Of a stretch of 64,000 nucleotides of DNA, positions 1 through 15,400 are shown in pieces. This DNA comes from Bugula neritina (lineage: Eukaryota > Animalia > Bryozoa), in the NCBI GenBank assembly GCA_964035545.1, contig OZ037772.1, positions 13,080,818 to 13,144,817 on the forward strand, given 5' to 3'. A program made the position numbers and the translations under genes. The notes below the pieces were generated by a model. The model saw only the letters and a program-made list of their open reading frames with translations, was not told the DNA's origin and made no database searches. Each line of letters begins with the position of its first letter. The stretch's first letter is position 1.

Positions 1-1550
1 AATACATACTACTTGGTGTACTAATACATACTACTAGGTGTACTAATACATACTACTAGGTGTACTAATACATACTACTAGGTGTACTAATACATGCTGC
101 TAGGTGTACTAATACATACTACTAGGTGTACTAATACATGCTACTAGGTGTACTAATACATACTACTAGGTGTAATAATACATACTACTAGGTGTACTAA
201 TACATACTACTAGGTGTACTAATACATGCTACTAGGTGTACTAATACATACTACTAGGTGTACTAATACATACTACTAGGTGTACTAATACATACTACTA
301 GGTGTACTAATACATACTACTAGGTGTACTAATACATACTACTAGGTGTACTAATACATACTACTAGGTGTACTAATACATGCTACTAGGTGTACTAATA
401 CATACTACTTGGTGTACTAATACATACTACTAGGTGTACTAATACATACTACTAGGTGTACTAATACATACTACTAGGTGTACTAATACATACTACTAGG
501 TGTACTAATACATACTACTAGGTGTACTAATACATACTACTAGGTGTACTAATACATACTACTAGGTGTACTAATACATACTACTAGGTGTACTAATACA
601 TACTACTAGGTGTACTAATACATACTACTAGGTGTACTAATACATACTACTAGGTGTACTAATACATACTACTTGGTGTACTAATACATACTACTAGGTG
701 TACTAATACATACTACTAGGTGTACTAATACATACTACTTGGTGTACTAATACATGCTGCTAGGTGTACTAATACATACTACTAGGTGTACTAATACATA
801 CTACTAGGTGTACTAATACATACTACTAGGTGTACTAATACATACTACTAGGTGTACTAATACATGCTACTAGGTGTACTAATACATACTACTAGGTGTA
901 CTAATACATGCTACTAGGTGTACTAATACATGCTACTTGGTGTACTAATACATACTACTAGGTGTACTAATACATACTACTAGGTGTACTAATACATACT
1001 ACTAGGTGTACTAATACATACTACTAGGTGTACTAATACATGCTACTAGGTGTACTAATACATGCTGCTAGGTGTACTAATACATGCTACTAGGTGTACT
1101 AATACATGCTACTTGGTGTACTAATACATACTACTTGGTGTACTAATACATACTACTTGGTGTACTAATACATGCTACTAGGTGTACTAATACATACTAC
1201 TAGGTGTACTAATACATACTACTAGGTGTACTAATACATGCCACTAGGTGTACTAATACATACTACTAGGTGTACTAATACATACTACTAGGTGTACTAA
1301 TACATACTACTAGGTGTACTAATACATGCTACTAGGTGTACTAATACATACTACTAGGTGTACTAATACATACTACTAGGTGTACTAATACATACTACTA
1401 GGTGTACTAATACATACTACTAGGTGTACTAATACATACTACTAGGTGTACTAATACATACTACTAGGTGTACTAATACATACTACTTGGTGTACTAATA
1501 CATACTACTAGGTGTACTAATACATGCTGCTAGGTGTACTAATACATACT
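1..1550. repeat. 22-bp minisatellite (AATACATACTACTAGGTGTACT)n, probably intronic in the GTPase gene; truncated by the window start
   Basis: About 70 near-identical direct units read from the sequence. Confidence 0.97.
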
Positions 1551-1630
1551 GATATCAAGCCATAGAAAGAAATTGGTAATCTTTAGAGGAGTATTAGAGT
1601 TTACAAATAAATCTGCTCATGTTGTTTCAG

Positions 1631-3900
1631 AATGACACAGATGACGGTTGGGAGAAAAGTTTAGAACAGCCAATAAAGGGTGGAGCTTGGGCTAAGAGTA
1701 AGAGAGCTGTCACGGAGGGGATATGGCTCTGGGACAGTCCGTTCATTATCAATGGGGTGAGTCTACAAGTTATGTCGGGATCAATAAATAGGCAGCAGGA
1801 AAATGTGTTACTTCACTCACATGAATATCTTCAGAAATGGCTAAATTATTGGTAATATTTTGTTGTGTTCCACTGATAGAAGTGAGATTGAACTCTCAGT
1901 TTACCAAATCACATACAATTGAGTGGTTTTATTTTCAGGTAGCGATCTACTTAATGGACTGCCAAGGGTCGGGGGACGCTGTGCGCAGCAGCCCCACATT
2001 AGACAATCTCATCCTGTACATGGGGCTACAGATGGCTCAAGTGCAGATCCTCAACTTGAAATCAAACCTCCAGTCGACTGATTTGGAGAGACTCCAAGTA
2101 ATGTCATGTCATGTGACTAGCTAGTAGCTGATAATTGAATTGTCTCTTTTTACTTACCTCCTGTATACTAGTTCCTGTATACTACTTCCTGTATAATACT
2201 TCCTGTATACTACTTCCTGTATAATATTTCCTGTATACTACTTCCTGTGTACTACTTCCTGTGTATTACTTCCTGTATACTACTTCCTGTGTACTACTTC
2301 CTGTATACTACTTCCTGTATACTACTTCCTGTATACTACTTCCTGTGTACTACTTCCTGTAAACTACTTCCTGTTTACTACTTCCTGTATACTACTTCCT
2401 GTATACTACTTCCTGTATACTACTTCTTGCATGCTACTTCCTGTGTACTACTTCCTGTATACTACTTCCTGTACGTACATCTACTCCTACAGTTGTGCGC
2501 TGACTACGCTGATGTCGGAGTGACGGATGCAACTCTCAGTCAGACTCCAGAGTCTCTGTTTGACTCACTGATCTTCTTGGTCAGAGACTGGCAGAATGGG
2601 GATGAGTACGGGGAGCTCCCCAATGAGTTTATTGAAATAGTAGGTGAACTAAGTCTATGTCTCCACTTCCTATGCACATATGTAGAGTGAAGGTTTTATT
2701 CAACAGTGTAGCAGTTCACCAGGAGGAAAGATGGTTTCATTTATTATATAAATAAAGTACAATATTCAACAGAAATACCTTTAATTAAGTAACTTCTCAT
2801 AATTAGCAACAATAAAAATTAAAATAAATATAATAATAATAAATTATTAATAAAAAGTAGACTTTTCGCCTATATTACATATACATTTGATTGTTGTGTT
2901 AAGCTTAAGGAGGCAAAAGCTGGAAAAATTAAAAGGTTTGGAGAAGGAATTCAAAAAGCCTTTGAAATCATAACAACTTTTGTGTTTCCCCATCCGGGGA
3001 GAAAAGTAGGGACTGCGTCTGAAAAGGATAACTTAGTTATAAGAGGTAAGTTGACCTAGTTATATATAAGAGATAAGTTGACCTAGTTATAAAAGGTAAG
3101 TTGATAGTTGACCTAGTTATATTAAGAGGTAAGTTCACCACCGTTCAGTTTAGCTGCACCTCAAACAACTCAAAAATAATAAAAATACACTTTTTCAGAT
3201 GTAGACCAAGGATTTGTAATGGCAGCCAAATGTCTCTTTCAAAAGCTCTTCCTTTTCTTACCTCTTCACAAGCGATTGATGAATGGGCGTGGCACCGTGA
3301 GGGCTTTTCAGGTAAGTTATTCAACTTCCCACACAGGGGCTACTAAATCTGAAAACAGGTCAAGTATTATATTTGAGGACATCTATTTGTCCTTTCAAAG
3401 TTTGATGTAATATTTAAGTTATAACTTGATTACAAGATGTGAGCGAAGATGTAAACAAACTGTAAGTTACATTCAATATCTGAACAAAGCTAGTTGTGTC
3501 TATAGTAGAGACTACTGCATGCAGCTACACAATCACATATACAGTGATGTCTCACAGGAATACCTGTTGCTAAATACAGGCTTTAGAGAATAGATGCGTG
3601 GACAGTGAGCTCTCTAAGATCAAAATACAGACTGGTGCAGAGGCTCTGGAAGAGTCACTTATCCATAGAGCATTTGTAGAAGCTTCTAATTATTATGACG
3701 AGGAAATGATAAAAGTGAGTAGACTGCTTGTAGATATTGTTTAGGATGTTAGTATGTGGGCATCTGCTAGTTACAGACTGCTATTAATAAACCTTGGTGA
3801 GCTTTTGTTAGAGTATTATTACTTAGACTACAGGACTTCGATAAATCATTTGAATGCATCATATTTTATGATAATTGTAAAAGATGTATATATGATATAA

Positions 3901-3997
<97 letters not shown>

Positions 3998-5271
3998 AGG
4001 CCTATAGCTTAGACTACGCTAATGAGCAGGCTATTACAGACCACCTGGAAAATATTGTTAGCCAGTCGATACAAGTGTTTCAACACAAGAAGACAATTGC
4101 CCGCTACAAGGATAGCAAAAGAAAAGAGTGAGTGCAGATTTAAGTACCCAACACTAACATAGAATTGGGTATAACTAATATAAGTAACTAATATTAGCTA
4201 ATGCGTTGTAAGGGGTGCCTTGTGTTAGAGGAAATACCCTGTGTTTTAGAGAATTCCTTGTGTTGTAGGGAATACCCTGTGTTGTAGGGAATATCGTGTG
4301 CTGTAGGGAATACCCTGTGTTGTAGGGAATACCTTGTGCTGTAGGGAATACCCTGTGTTGTAGGGAATACCTTGGTCTACTTAGACAGAAAGGCCACTAC
4401 CTCATCATTGACGAAAAAAAGAAATACATCATGGCTGCTCAGCAACTTTCCCGCCAGCACAAAGAATACAATAAAAAGCTGCAACTCCTCCAGGAAGAAA
4501 AGTTGGCTTTAGAAAACAAAATAAAAGAAGCAGAAGAAGAAGAAAAAAGGCGCAAAGTTGAGCAGAGAAACTCTCTGATGAAAGAGAAGGAGCAGCTCTT
4601 CAAGAAGCATATGAATAAGGAGGTGGAACAGAGAGAGAAACAGATGGAGGAGGATAAGAGGAGACGGAAAGAGAAAATGGAGGAAGAAATAAGCAGAGGG
4701 TACACACAGCAGGAAGAGATGGAGAAGGAGCTTAATGAGACCGAGGTGAAGATGACGGAGCAGAAGAAGAACCTGGATGTACAAGCTGAGCAGCTCAGAG
4801 CCGAGAATGAGAGGCACATTCTAAATCAACTTGAGAACTGGATAGACGAAGTGGACAGAGTGGCTAAAACTAAGCACAAGTCGAAATGCATGGTTAGTTT
4901 AAATTCAGCATCATAAATTTCCAATAACATAACTGTTTCTAAAAATTAGTAAAGACAAACCGAAGAAACAAAATAGAAGGTAAAATAATTGATTCTAGTT
5001 TGTTATTATACTAATAAACTGTAGCCATTTTAATCACATATAATAAGAAAACGTGTTAGAGTTCAAGAAATATTCCTGAACTAATGAATTTATATTTAGA
5101 ATGACAATTTATCTAAACTCAATCTAAGAACTCTTTTCTCAATAATTACCTCCCACCTTGACTACCTAACCTATAATCCACCTGCTGAAAACACAGTCGG
5201 GTGCTGATAGTTTTACAGGAACAGGTTCCACAGTTTTGCTACAATTAATGTGTTTATTGTAGATCATGTGA
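1631..5271 (+). CDS. Atlastin/GBP-family (GB1/RHD3-type) large GTPase, 5'-partial, with C-terminal coiled coil and CaaX. Exons 1631-1756, 1939-2097, 2493-2639, 2904-3045, 3199-3311, 3580-3714, 4000-4127, 4364-4892, 5263-5271
   Basis: Phase-consistent GT-AG exons. Motifs: G2 region RAVTEGIWLW, G3 VAIYLMDCQG, G4 LIFLVRDW, and FPHPG. E/K/R-rich coiled coil at 4431-4860. The last splice gives KTKHKSKCMIM*. The P-loop exon is not in the window. Confidence 0.85.
2150..2472. repeat. 14-bp intronic minisatellite (ATACTACTTCCTGT)n
   Basis: Direct tandem units. Confidence 0.93.
3903..3993. repeat. (AT)n microsatellite
   Basis: Direct reading. Confidence 0.98.
4215..4372. repeat. About 20-bp repeat that copies the 3' splice site (TGTGTTGTAG|GGAATACC)
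   Basis: The last unit is the in-frame acceptor at 4362-4363. Confidence 0.85.
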
Positions 5272-5521
5272 TGGAAAGCAAGCAAACTACTCTGACAGGA
5301 CAAACTGATGATTAAGCATTTATTTTATTATAAAAGTGTGAATTACTATACAAGCTTCTATACGCGGGACTAAGTTCTATAGTTCTATATTATAATTTGG
5401 GCTGGTGCAGGAGCCACCCGTGCCTTGCTAAGCGATACTATTTTAGTATTTAAATTTAAGGAGAATTTATTTAGCTTCATCGTGCTGATTTTATGTTAAA
5501 CTTTTGATCATGTAGAATGCT

Positions 5522-5527
5522 AATAAA
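5522..5527 (+). promoter_or_regulatory. Candidate poly(A) signal AATAAA for the spliced GTPase isoform; a second lies at 5013-5018 inside the last intron
   Basis: Hexamer about 250 nt after the stop at 5269-5271. Confidence 0.45.
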
Positions 5528-5664
5528 CTGCTATATCAATTATATTGGAGGTGCTGTGTATTACTTTATATGACTTTAAGTTGTCTGCTCGTGTTAGCTG
5601 CATGTGACATGAGAAGACAATTACTGTAGTACATTGATTTCTGAGCTAAAATACCAACTACAGA

Positions 5665-5962
5665 GTAAACTAGAGTACACAGTGAGTAGAGTACACAGTG
5701 ACTAGAGTACACAGTGACTAGAGTACACAGTGACTAGAGTACACAGTGAGTAGGGTACACAGTGAATAGAGTACACAGTGAATAGAGTACACAGTGAATA
5801 GAGTACACAGTGACTAGAGTACACAGTGAATAGAGTACACAGTGACTAGAGTACACAGTGAATAGAGTACACAGTGAGTAGAGTACACAGTTACTAGAGT
5901 ACACAGTGAGTAGAGTATACAGTGACTAGAGTACACAGTGAATAGAGTACACAGTGAGTAGA
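5665..5962. repeat. 16-bp minisatellite (ACTAGAGTACACAGTG)n between convergent genes
   Basis: Direct tandem units. Confidence 0.95.
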
Positions 5963-6162
5963 AAGACTTATAGAATATAGTTATTGATAGTTACTAAGAG
6001 AGAAAGAGAGAGACTCATGTGGAGAATTCATTAGCATTTATTACAACGAAATAGACAGTTTAGAGTATTACTGTAGAAGATTGATCACTTAGTATTTGAA
6101 GGTGTAGCTGAATCAGCATTCATTACCAGACCAGAACATGAAGAACAGTGAGCAGAGAGTGG

Positions 6163-6458
6163 TTATTACATAATATATGAGTAGTGTAGTTATTACATAA
6201 TATATGAGTAGTGTAGTTATTACATAATATATGAGTAGTATAGTTATTACATAATATATGAGTAGTGTAGTTATTACATAATATATGAGTAGTGTAGTTA
6301 TTACATAATATATGAGTAGTGTAGTTATTACATAATATATGAGTAGTGTAGTTATTACATAATATATGAGTAGTGTAGTTATTACATAATATATGAGTAG
6401 TGTAGTTATTACATAATATATGAGTAGTGTAGTTATTACATAATATATGAGTAGTATA
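6163..6458. repeat. 27-bp minisatellite overlapping the CAP1 stop codon and 3' UTR
   Basis: Unit TTATTACATAATATATGAGTAGTGTAG; the terminal unit encodes YYSYIM* on the - strand. Confidence 0.93.
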
Positions 6459-9400
6459 GGGTCAAAAAGAGAGTGGGGAGAGGAAAGGTGAAAGTGATTG
6501 GAGCTGCTAGAGAAGTTGCATCAGATTGAATCTCTGAAACAGAGAATTAATGGACATAGAAACGACGCTATAAAGCTGTTATACAATTTCTATTTATTAT
6601 TATTTATATGATATTACTGTACATATTATATTACTATATTATATATGTTACTATATACTAGATATTACTGTACATATTATATTACTATATTATATATGTT
6701 ACTATATACTAGATATTACTGTACATATTATATTACTATATTATATATGTTACTATATACTAGATATTACTGTACATATTATATTACTATATTATATATG
6801 TTACTTTATACTAGATATTACTGTACATATTATATTACTATATTATATATGCTACTATATACTAGATATTACTGTACATATTATATTACTATATTATATA
6901 TGTTACTATATACTAGATATTACTGTACATATATTACTATATTATATATGTTACTATATACTAGATATTACTGTACATATTATATTACTATATTATATAT
7001 GTTACTATATACTAGATATTACTGTACATACTATATTACTATATTATATATGTTACTATATACTAGATATTACTGTACATATATTACTATATTATATATG
7101 TTACTATATACTAGATATTACTGTAGATATTATATTACTATATTATATATGTTACTATATACTAGATATTACTGTACATATTATATTACTATATTATATA
7201 TGTTACTATATACTAGATATTACTGTACATATTATATTACTATATTATATATGTTATTATATACTAGATAATACTGTACATATTATATTACTATATTATA
7301 TATGTTACTATATACTAGATATTACTGTACATATTATATTACTATATTATATATGTTACTATATACTAGATATTATTGTACATATTATATTACTATATTA
7401 TATATGTTACTATATACTAGATATTACTGTACATATTATATTACTATATTATATATGTTACTATATACTAGATATTACTGTACATATTATATTACTATAT
7501 TATATATGTTACTATATACTAGATATTACTGTACATATTATATTACTATATTATATATGTTACTATATACTAGATATTATTGTACATATTATATTACTAT
7601 ATTATATATGTTACTATATACTAGATATTACTGTACATATTATATTACTATATTATATATGTTACTATATACTAGATATTACTGTACATATTATATTACT
7701 ATATTATATATGCTACTATATACTAGATATTACTGTACATATTATATTACTATATTATATATGTTACTATATACTAGATATTACTGTACATATTATATTA
7801 CTATACTATATATGTTACTATATACTAGATATTACTGTACATATTATATTACTATATTATATATGTTATTATATACTAGATATTACTGTACATATTATAT
7901 TACTATATTATATATGTTACTATATACTAGATATTACTGTACATCTTATATTACTATATTATATATGTTACTATATACTAGATATTACTGTACATATTAT
8001 ATTACTATATTATATATGTTACTATATACTAGATATTACTGTACATATTATATTACTATATTATATATGTTACTATATACTAGATATTACTGTACATATT
8101 ATATTACTATATTATATATGTTACTTTATACTAGATATTACTGTACATATTATATTACTATACTATATATGTTACTATATACTAGATATTACTGTACATA
8201 TTATATTACTATATTATATATGTTACTATATACTAGATATTACTGTACATATTATATTACTATATTATATATGCTACTATATACTAGATATTACTGTACA
8301 TATTATATTACTATATTATATATGTTACTATATACTAGATATTACTGTACATATTATATTACTATATTATATATGTTACTATATACTAGATATTACTGTA
8401 CATATTATATTACTATATTATATATGTTACTATATACTAGATATTACTGTACATATTATATTACTATATTATATATGTTACTATATACTAGATATTATTG
8501 TACATATTATATTACTATATTATATATGTTACTATATACTAGATATTACTGTACATATTTTATTACTATATTATATATGTTACTATATACTAGATATTAC
8601 TGTACATATTATATTACTATATTATATATGTTACTATATACTAGATATTACTGTACATATTATATTACTATATTATATATGTTACTATATACTAGATATT
8701 ACTGTACATATTATATTACTATATTATATATGTTACTATATACTAGATATTACTGTACATATTTTATTACTATATTATATATGTTACTATATACTAGATA
8801 TTACTGTACATATTATATTACTATATTATATATGTTACTATATACTAGATATTACTGTACATATTATATTACTATATTATATATGTTACTATATACTAGA
8901 TATTACTGTACATATTATATTACTATACTATATATGTTACTATATACTAGATATTACTGTACATATTATATTACTATACTATATATGTTACTATATACTA
9001 GATAATACTGTACATATATTACTATATTATATATGTTACTATATACTAGATATTACTGTACATATTATATTACTATACTATATATGTTACTATATACTAG
9101 ATATTACTGTACATATTATATTACTATATTATATATGTTACTATATACTAGATATTACTGTACATATTATATTACTATAATATATATGTTACTTTATACT
9201 AGATATTACTGTACATATTATATTACTATATTATATATGTTACTATATACTAGATATTACTGTACATATTATATTACTATATTATATATGTTACTATATA
9301 CTAGATATTACTGTACATATTATATTACTATACTATATATGTTACTATATACTAGATATTACTGTACATATTATATTACTATACTATATATGTTACTATA

Positions 9401-12400
9401 TACTAGATAATACTGTACATATATTACTATATTATATATGTTACTATATACTAGATATTACTGTACATATTATATTACTATACTATATATGTTACTATAT
9501 ACTAGATATTACTGTACATATTATATTACTATATTATATATGTTACTATATACTAGATTTTACTGTACATATTATATTACTATATTATATATGTTACTTT
9601 ATACTAGATATTACTGTACATATTATATTACTATATTATATATGTTACTATATACTAGATATTACTGTACATATTATATTACTATATTATATATGTTACT
9701 ATATACTAGATATTACTGTACATATTATATTACTATATTATATATGTTACTATATACTAGATATTACTGTACATATTATATTACTATATTATATATGTTA
9801 CTATATACTAGATATTACTGTACATATTATATTACTATATTATATATGTTACTATATACTAGATATTACTGTACATATTATATTACTATATTATATATGT
9901 TATTATATACTAGATATTACTGTACATATTATATTACTATATTATATATGTTACTATATACTAGATATTACTGTACATATTATATTACTATATTATATAT
10001 GTTACTATATACTAGATAATACTGTACATATATTACTATATTATATATGTTACTATATACTAGATATTACTGTACATATTATATTACTATATTATATATG
10101 TTACTATATACTAGATATTACTGTACATATTATGTTACTATATTATATATGTTACTATATACTAGATATTACTGTACATATATTACTATATTATATATGT
10201 TACTATATACTAGATATTACTGTACATATTATATTACTATATTATATATGTTACTATATACTAGATATTACTGTACATATTATATTACTATATTATATAT
10301 GTTACTATATACTAGATATTACTGTACATATTATATTACTATATTATATATGTTACTATATACTAGATATTACTGTACATATTATATTACTATATTATAT
10401 ATGTTACTATATACTAGATATTATTGTACATATTATATTACTATATTATATATGTTACTATATACTAGATATTACTGTACATCTTATATTACTATATTAT
10501 ATATGTTACTATATACTAGATATTACTGTACATATTATATTACTATATTATATATGTTACTATATACTAGATATTACTGTACATATTATATTACTATATT
10601 ATATATGTTACTTTATACTAGATATTACTGTACATATTATATTACTATATTATATATGTTACTATATACTAGATATTACTGTACATATTATATTACTATA
10701 CTATATATGTTACTATATACTAGATATTACTGTACATATTATATTACTATATTATATATGTTACTTTATACTAGATATTACTGTACATATTATATTACTA
10801 TATTATATATGTTACTATATACTAGATATTACTGTACATATTATATTACTATATTATATATGTTACTATATACTAGATATTACTGTACATATTATATTAC
10901 TATATTATATATGTTACTATATACTAGATATTACTGTACATATTATATTACTATACTATATATGTTACTATATACTAGATAATACTGTACATATTATATT
11001 ACTATATTATATATGTTACTATATACTAGATATTACTGTACATATTATATTACTATATAATATATGTTACTATATACTAGATATTACTGTACATATTATA
11101 TTACTATATTATATATGTTACTATATACTAGATATTACTGTACATATTATATTACTATATTATATATGTTACTATATACTAGATATTACTGTACATATAT
11201 TACTATATTATATATGTTACTATATACTAGATATTACTGTACATATTATATTACTATATTATATATGTTACTATATACTAGATATTACTGTACATATATT
11301 ACTATATTATATATGTTACTATATACTAGATATTACTGTACATATTATATTACTATATTATATATGTTACTATATACTAGATATTACTGTACATATTATA
11401 TTACTATATTATATATGTTACTATATACTAGATATTACTGTACATATATTACTATATTATATATGTTACTATATACTAGATATTACTGTACATATTATAT
11501 TACTATATTATATATGTTACTATATACTAGATATTATTGTACATATTATATTACTATATTATATATGTTACTATATACTAGATATTACTGTACATATTAT
11601 ATTACTATATTATATATGTTACTATATACTAGATATTACTGTACATATTATATTACTATATTATATATGTTACTATATACTAGATATTACTGTACATATA
11701 TTACTATATTATATATGTTACTATATACTAGATATAACTGTACATATTATATTACTATATTATATATGTTACTATATACTAGATATTACTGTACATATTA
11801 TATTACTATATTATATATGTTACTATATACTAGATATTACTGTACATATATTACTATATTATATATGTTACTATATACTAGATATTACTGTACATATTAT
11901 ATTACTATATTATATATGTTACTATATACTAGATATTACTGTACATATTATATTACTATATTATATATGCTACTATATAATAGATAATACTGTACATATT
12001 ATATTACTATATTATATATGTTATTATATACTAGATATTACTGTACATATTATATTACTATATTATATATGTTACTATATACTAGATATTACTGTACATA
12101 TTATATTACTATATTATATATGCTACTATATAATAGATAATACTGTACATATTATATTACTATATTATATATGTTATTATATACTAGATATTACTGTACA
12201 TATTATATTACTATATTATATATGTTACTATATACTAGATATTACTCTACATATTATATTACTATATTATATATGTTACTATATACTAGATATTACTGTA
12301 CATATATTACTATATTATATATGTTACTTTATACTAGATATTACTGTACATACTATATTACTATATTATATATGTTACTATATACTAGATATTACTGTAC

Positions 12401-15400
12401 ATATTATATTACTATATTATATATGTTACTATATACTAGATATTACTGTACATATATTACTATATTATATATGTTACTATATACTAGATATTACTGTACA
12501 TATATTACTATATTATATATGTTACTTTATACTAGATATTACTGTACATATTATATTACTATATTATATATGTTACTATATACTAGATATTACTGTACAT
12601 ATATTACTATATTATATATGCTACTATATACTAGATATTATTGTACATACTATATTACTATATTATATATGTTACTATATACTAGATATTACTGTACATA
12701 TTATATTACTATATTATATATGTTACTTTATACTAGATATTACTGTACATATTATATTACTATATTATATATGTTACTATATACTAGATATTACTGTACA
12801 TATTATATTACTATATTATATATGTTACTTTATACTAGATATTACTGTACATATTATATTACTATATTATATATGTTACTATATACTAGATATTACTGTA
12901 CATATATTACTATATTATATATGTTACTATATACTAGATATTACTGTACATATTATATTACTATACTATATATGTTACTATATACTAGATATTACTGTAC
13001 ATATTATATTACTATATTATATATGTTACTATATACTAGATATTACTGTACATATTATATTACTATATTATATATGTTACTATATACTAGATATTACTGT
13101 ACATATTATATTACTATATTATATATGTTACTATATACTAGATATTACTGTACATATTATATTACTATATTATATATGTTACTATATACTAGATATTACT
13201 GTACATATATTACTATATTATATATGTTACTATATACTAGATATTACTGTACATATTATATTACTATATTATATATGTTACTATATACTAGATATTACTG
13301 TACATATATTACTATATTATATATGTTACTATATACTAGATATTACTGTACATATTATATTACTATATTATATATGTTATTATATACTAGGTAATACTGT
13401 ACATATTATATTACTATATTATATATGTTACTATATACTAGATATTACTGTACATATTATATTACTATATTATATATGTTACTATATACTAGATATTACT
13501 GTACATATTATATTACTATATTATATATGTTACTATATACTAGATATTACTGTACATATTATATTACTATATTATATATGTTACTATATACTAGATATTA
13601 CTGTACATATTATATTACTATATTATATATGTTACTATATACTAGATATTACTGTACATATTATATTACTATATTATATATGTTATTATATACTAGATAA
13701 TACTGTACATACTATATTACTATATTATATATGTTACTATATACTAGATATTACTGTACATATTATGTTACTATATTATATATGTTACTATATACTAGAT
13801 ATTACTGTACATATTATATTACTATATTATATATGTTACTATATACTAGATATTACTGTACATATTATATTACTATACTATATATGTTACTATATACTAG
13901 ATATTATTGTACATATATTACTATATTATATATGTTACTATATACTAGATATTACTGTACATATTATATTACTATATTATATATGTTACTATATACTAGA
14001 TATTACTGTACATATATTACTATATTATATATGTTACTATATACTAGATATTACTGTACATATTATATTACTATATTATATATGTTACTATATACTAGAT
14101 ATTACTGTACATATTATATTACTATACTATATATGTTACTATATACTAGATATTACTGTACATATTATATTACTATATTATATATGTTACTATATACTAG
14201 ATATTACTGTACATATTATATTACTATATTATATATGTTACTATATACTAGATATTACTGTACATATTATATTACTATATTATATATGTTACTATATACT
14301 AGATATTACTGTACATATTATATTACTATATTATATATGTTACTATATACTAGATATTACTGTACATATTATATTACTATATTATATATGTTACTATATA
14401 CTAGATATTACTGTACATATTATATTACTATATTATATATGTTACTATATACTAGATATTACTGTACATATTATATTACTATATTATATATGCTACTATA
14501 TACTAGATATTACTGTACATATTATATTACTATACTATATATGTTACTATATACTAGATATTACTGTACATATTATATTACTATATTATATATGTTACTA
14601 TATACTAGATATTACTGTACATATTATATTACTATATTATATATGTTACTATATACTAGATATTACTGTACATATTATATTACTATACTATATATGTTAC
14701 TATATACTAGATATTACTGTACATATTATATTACTATATTATATATGTTACTATATACTAGATATTACTGTACATATTATATTACTATATTATATATGTT
14801 ACTATATACTAGATATTACTGTACATATTATATTACTATATTATATATGTTACTATATACTAGATATTACTGTACATATTATATTACTATATTATATATG
14901 TTACTATATACTAGATATTACTGTACATATATTACTATATTATATATGTTACTATATACTAGATATTACTGTACATATATTACTATATTATATATGTTAC
15001 TATATACTAGATATTACTGTACATATTATATTACTATACTATATATGTTACTATATACTAGATAATACTGTACATATATTACTATATTATATATGTTACT
15101 ATATACTAGATATTACTGTACATATTATATTACTATACTATATATGTTACTATATACTAGATATTACTGTACATATTATATTACTATATTATATATGTTA
15201 CTATATACTAGATATTACTGTACATATATTACTATATTATATATGTTACTATATACTAGATATTACTGTACATATTATATTACTATATTATATATGTTAC
15301 TTTATACTAGATATTACTGTACATATTATATTACTATATTATATATGTTACTATATACTAGATATTACTGTACATATATTACTATATTATATATGTTACT

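Noticed and set aside
1-1550. CRISPR-like appearance of this and other tandem arrays
   Set aside because: Units are head-to-tail with no unique spacers, there are no cas genes, and the context is eukaryotic and spliced
4439-4819. Antisense ORFs over the coiled-coil exon; similar ones at 30443-30700 and 46225-48814
   Set aside because: Shadow frames of real coding sequence
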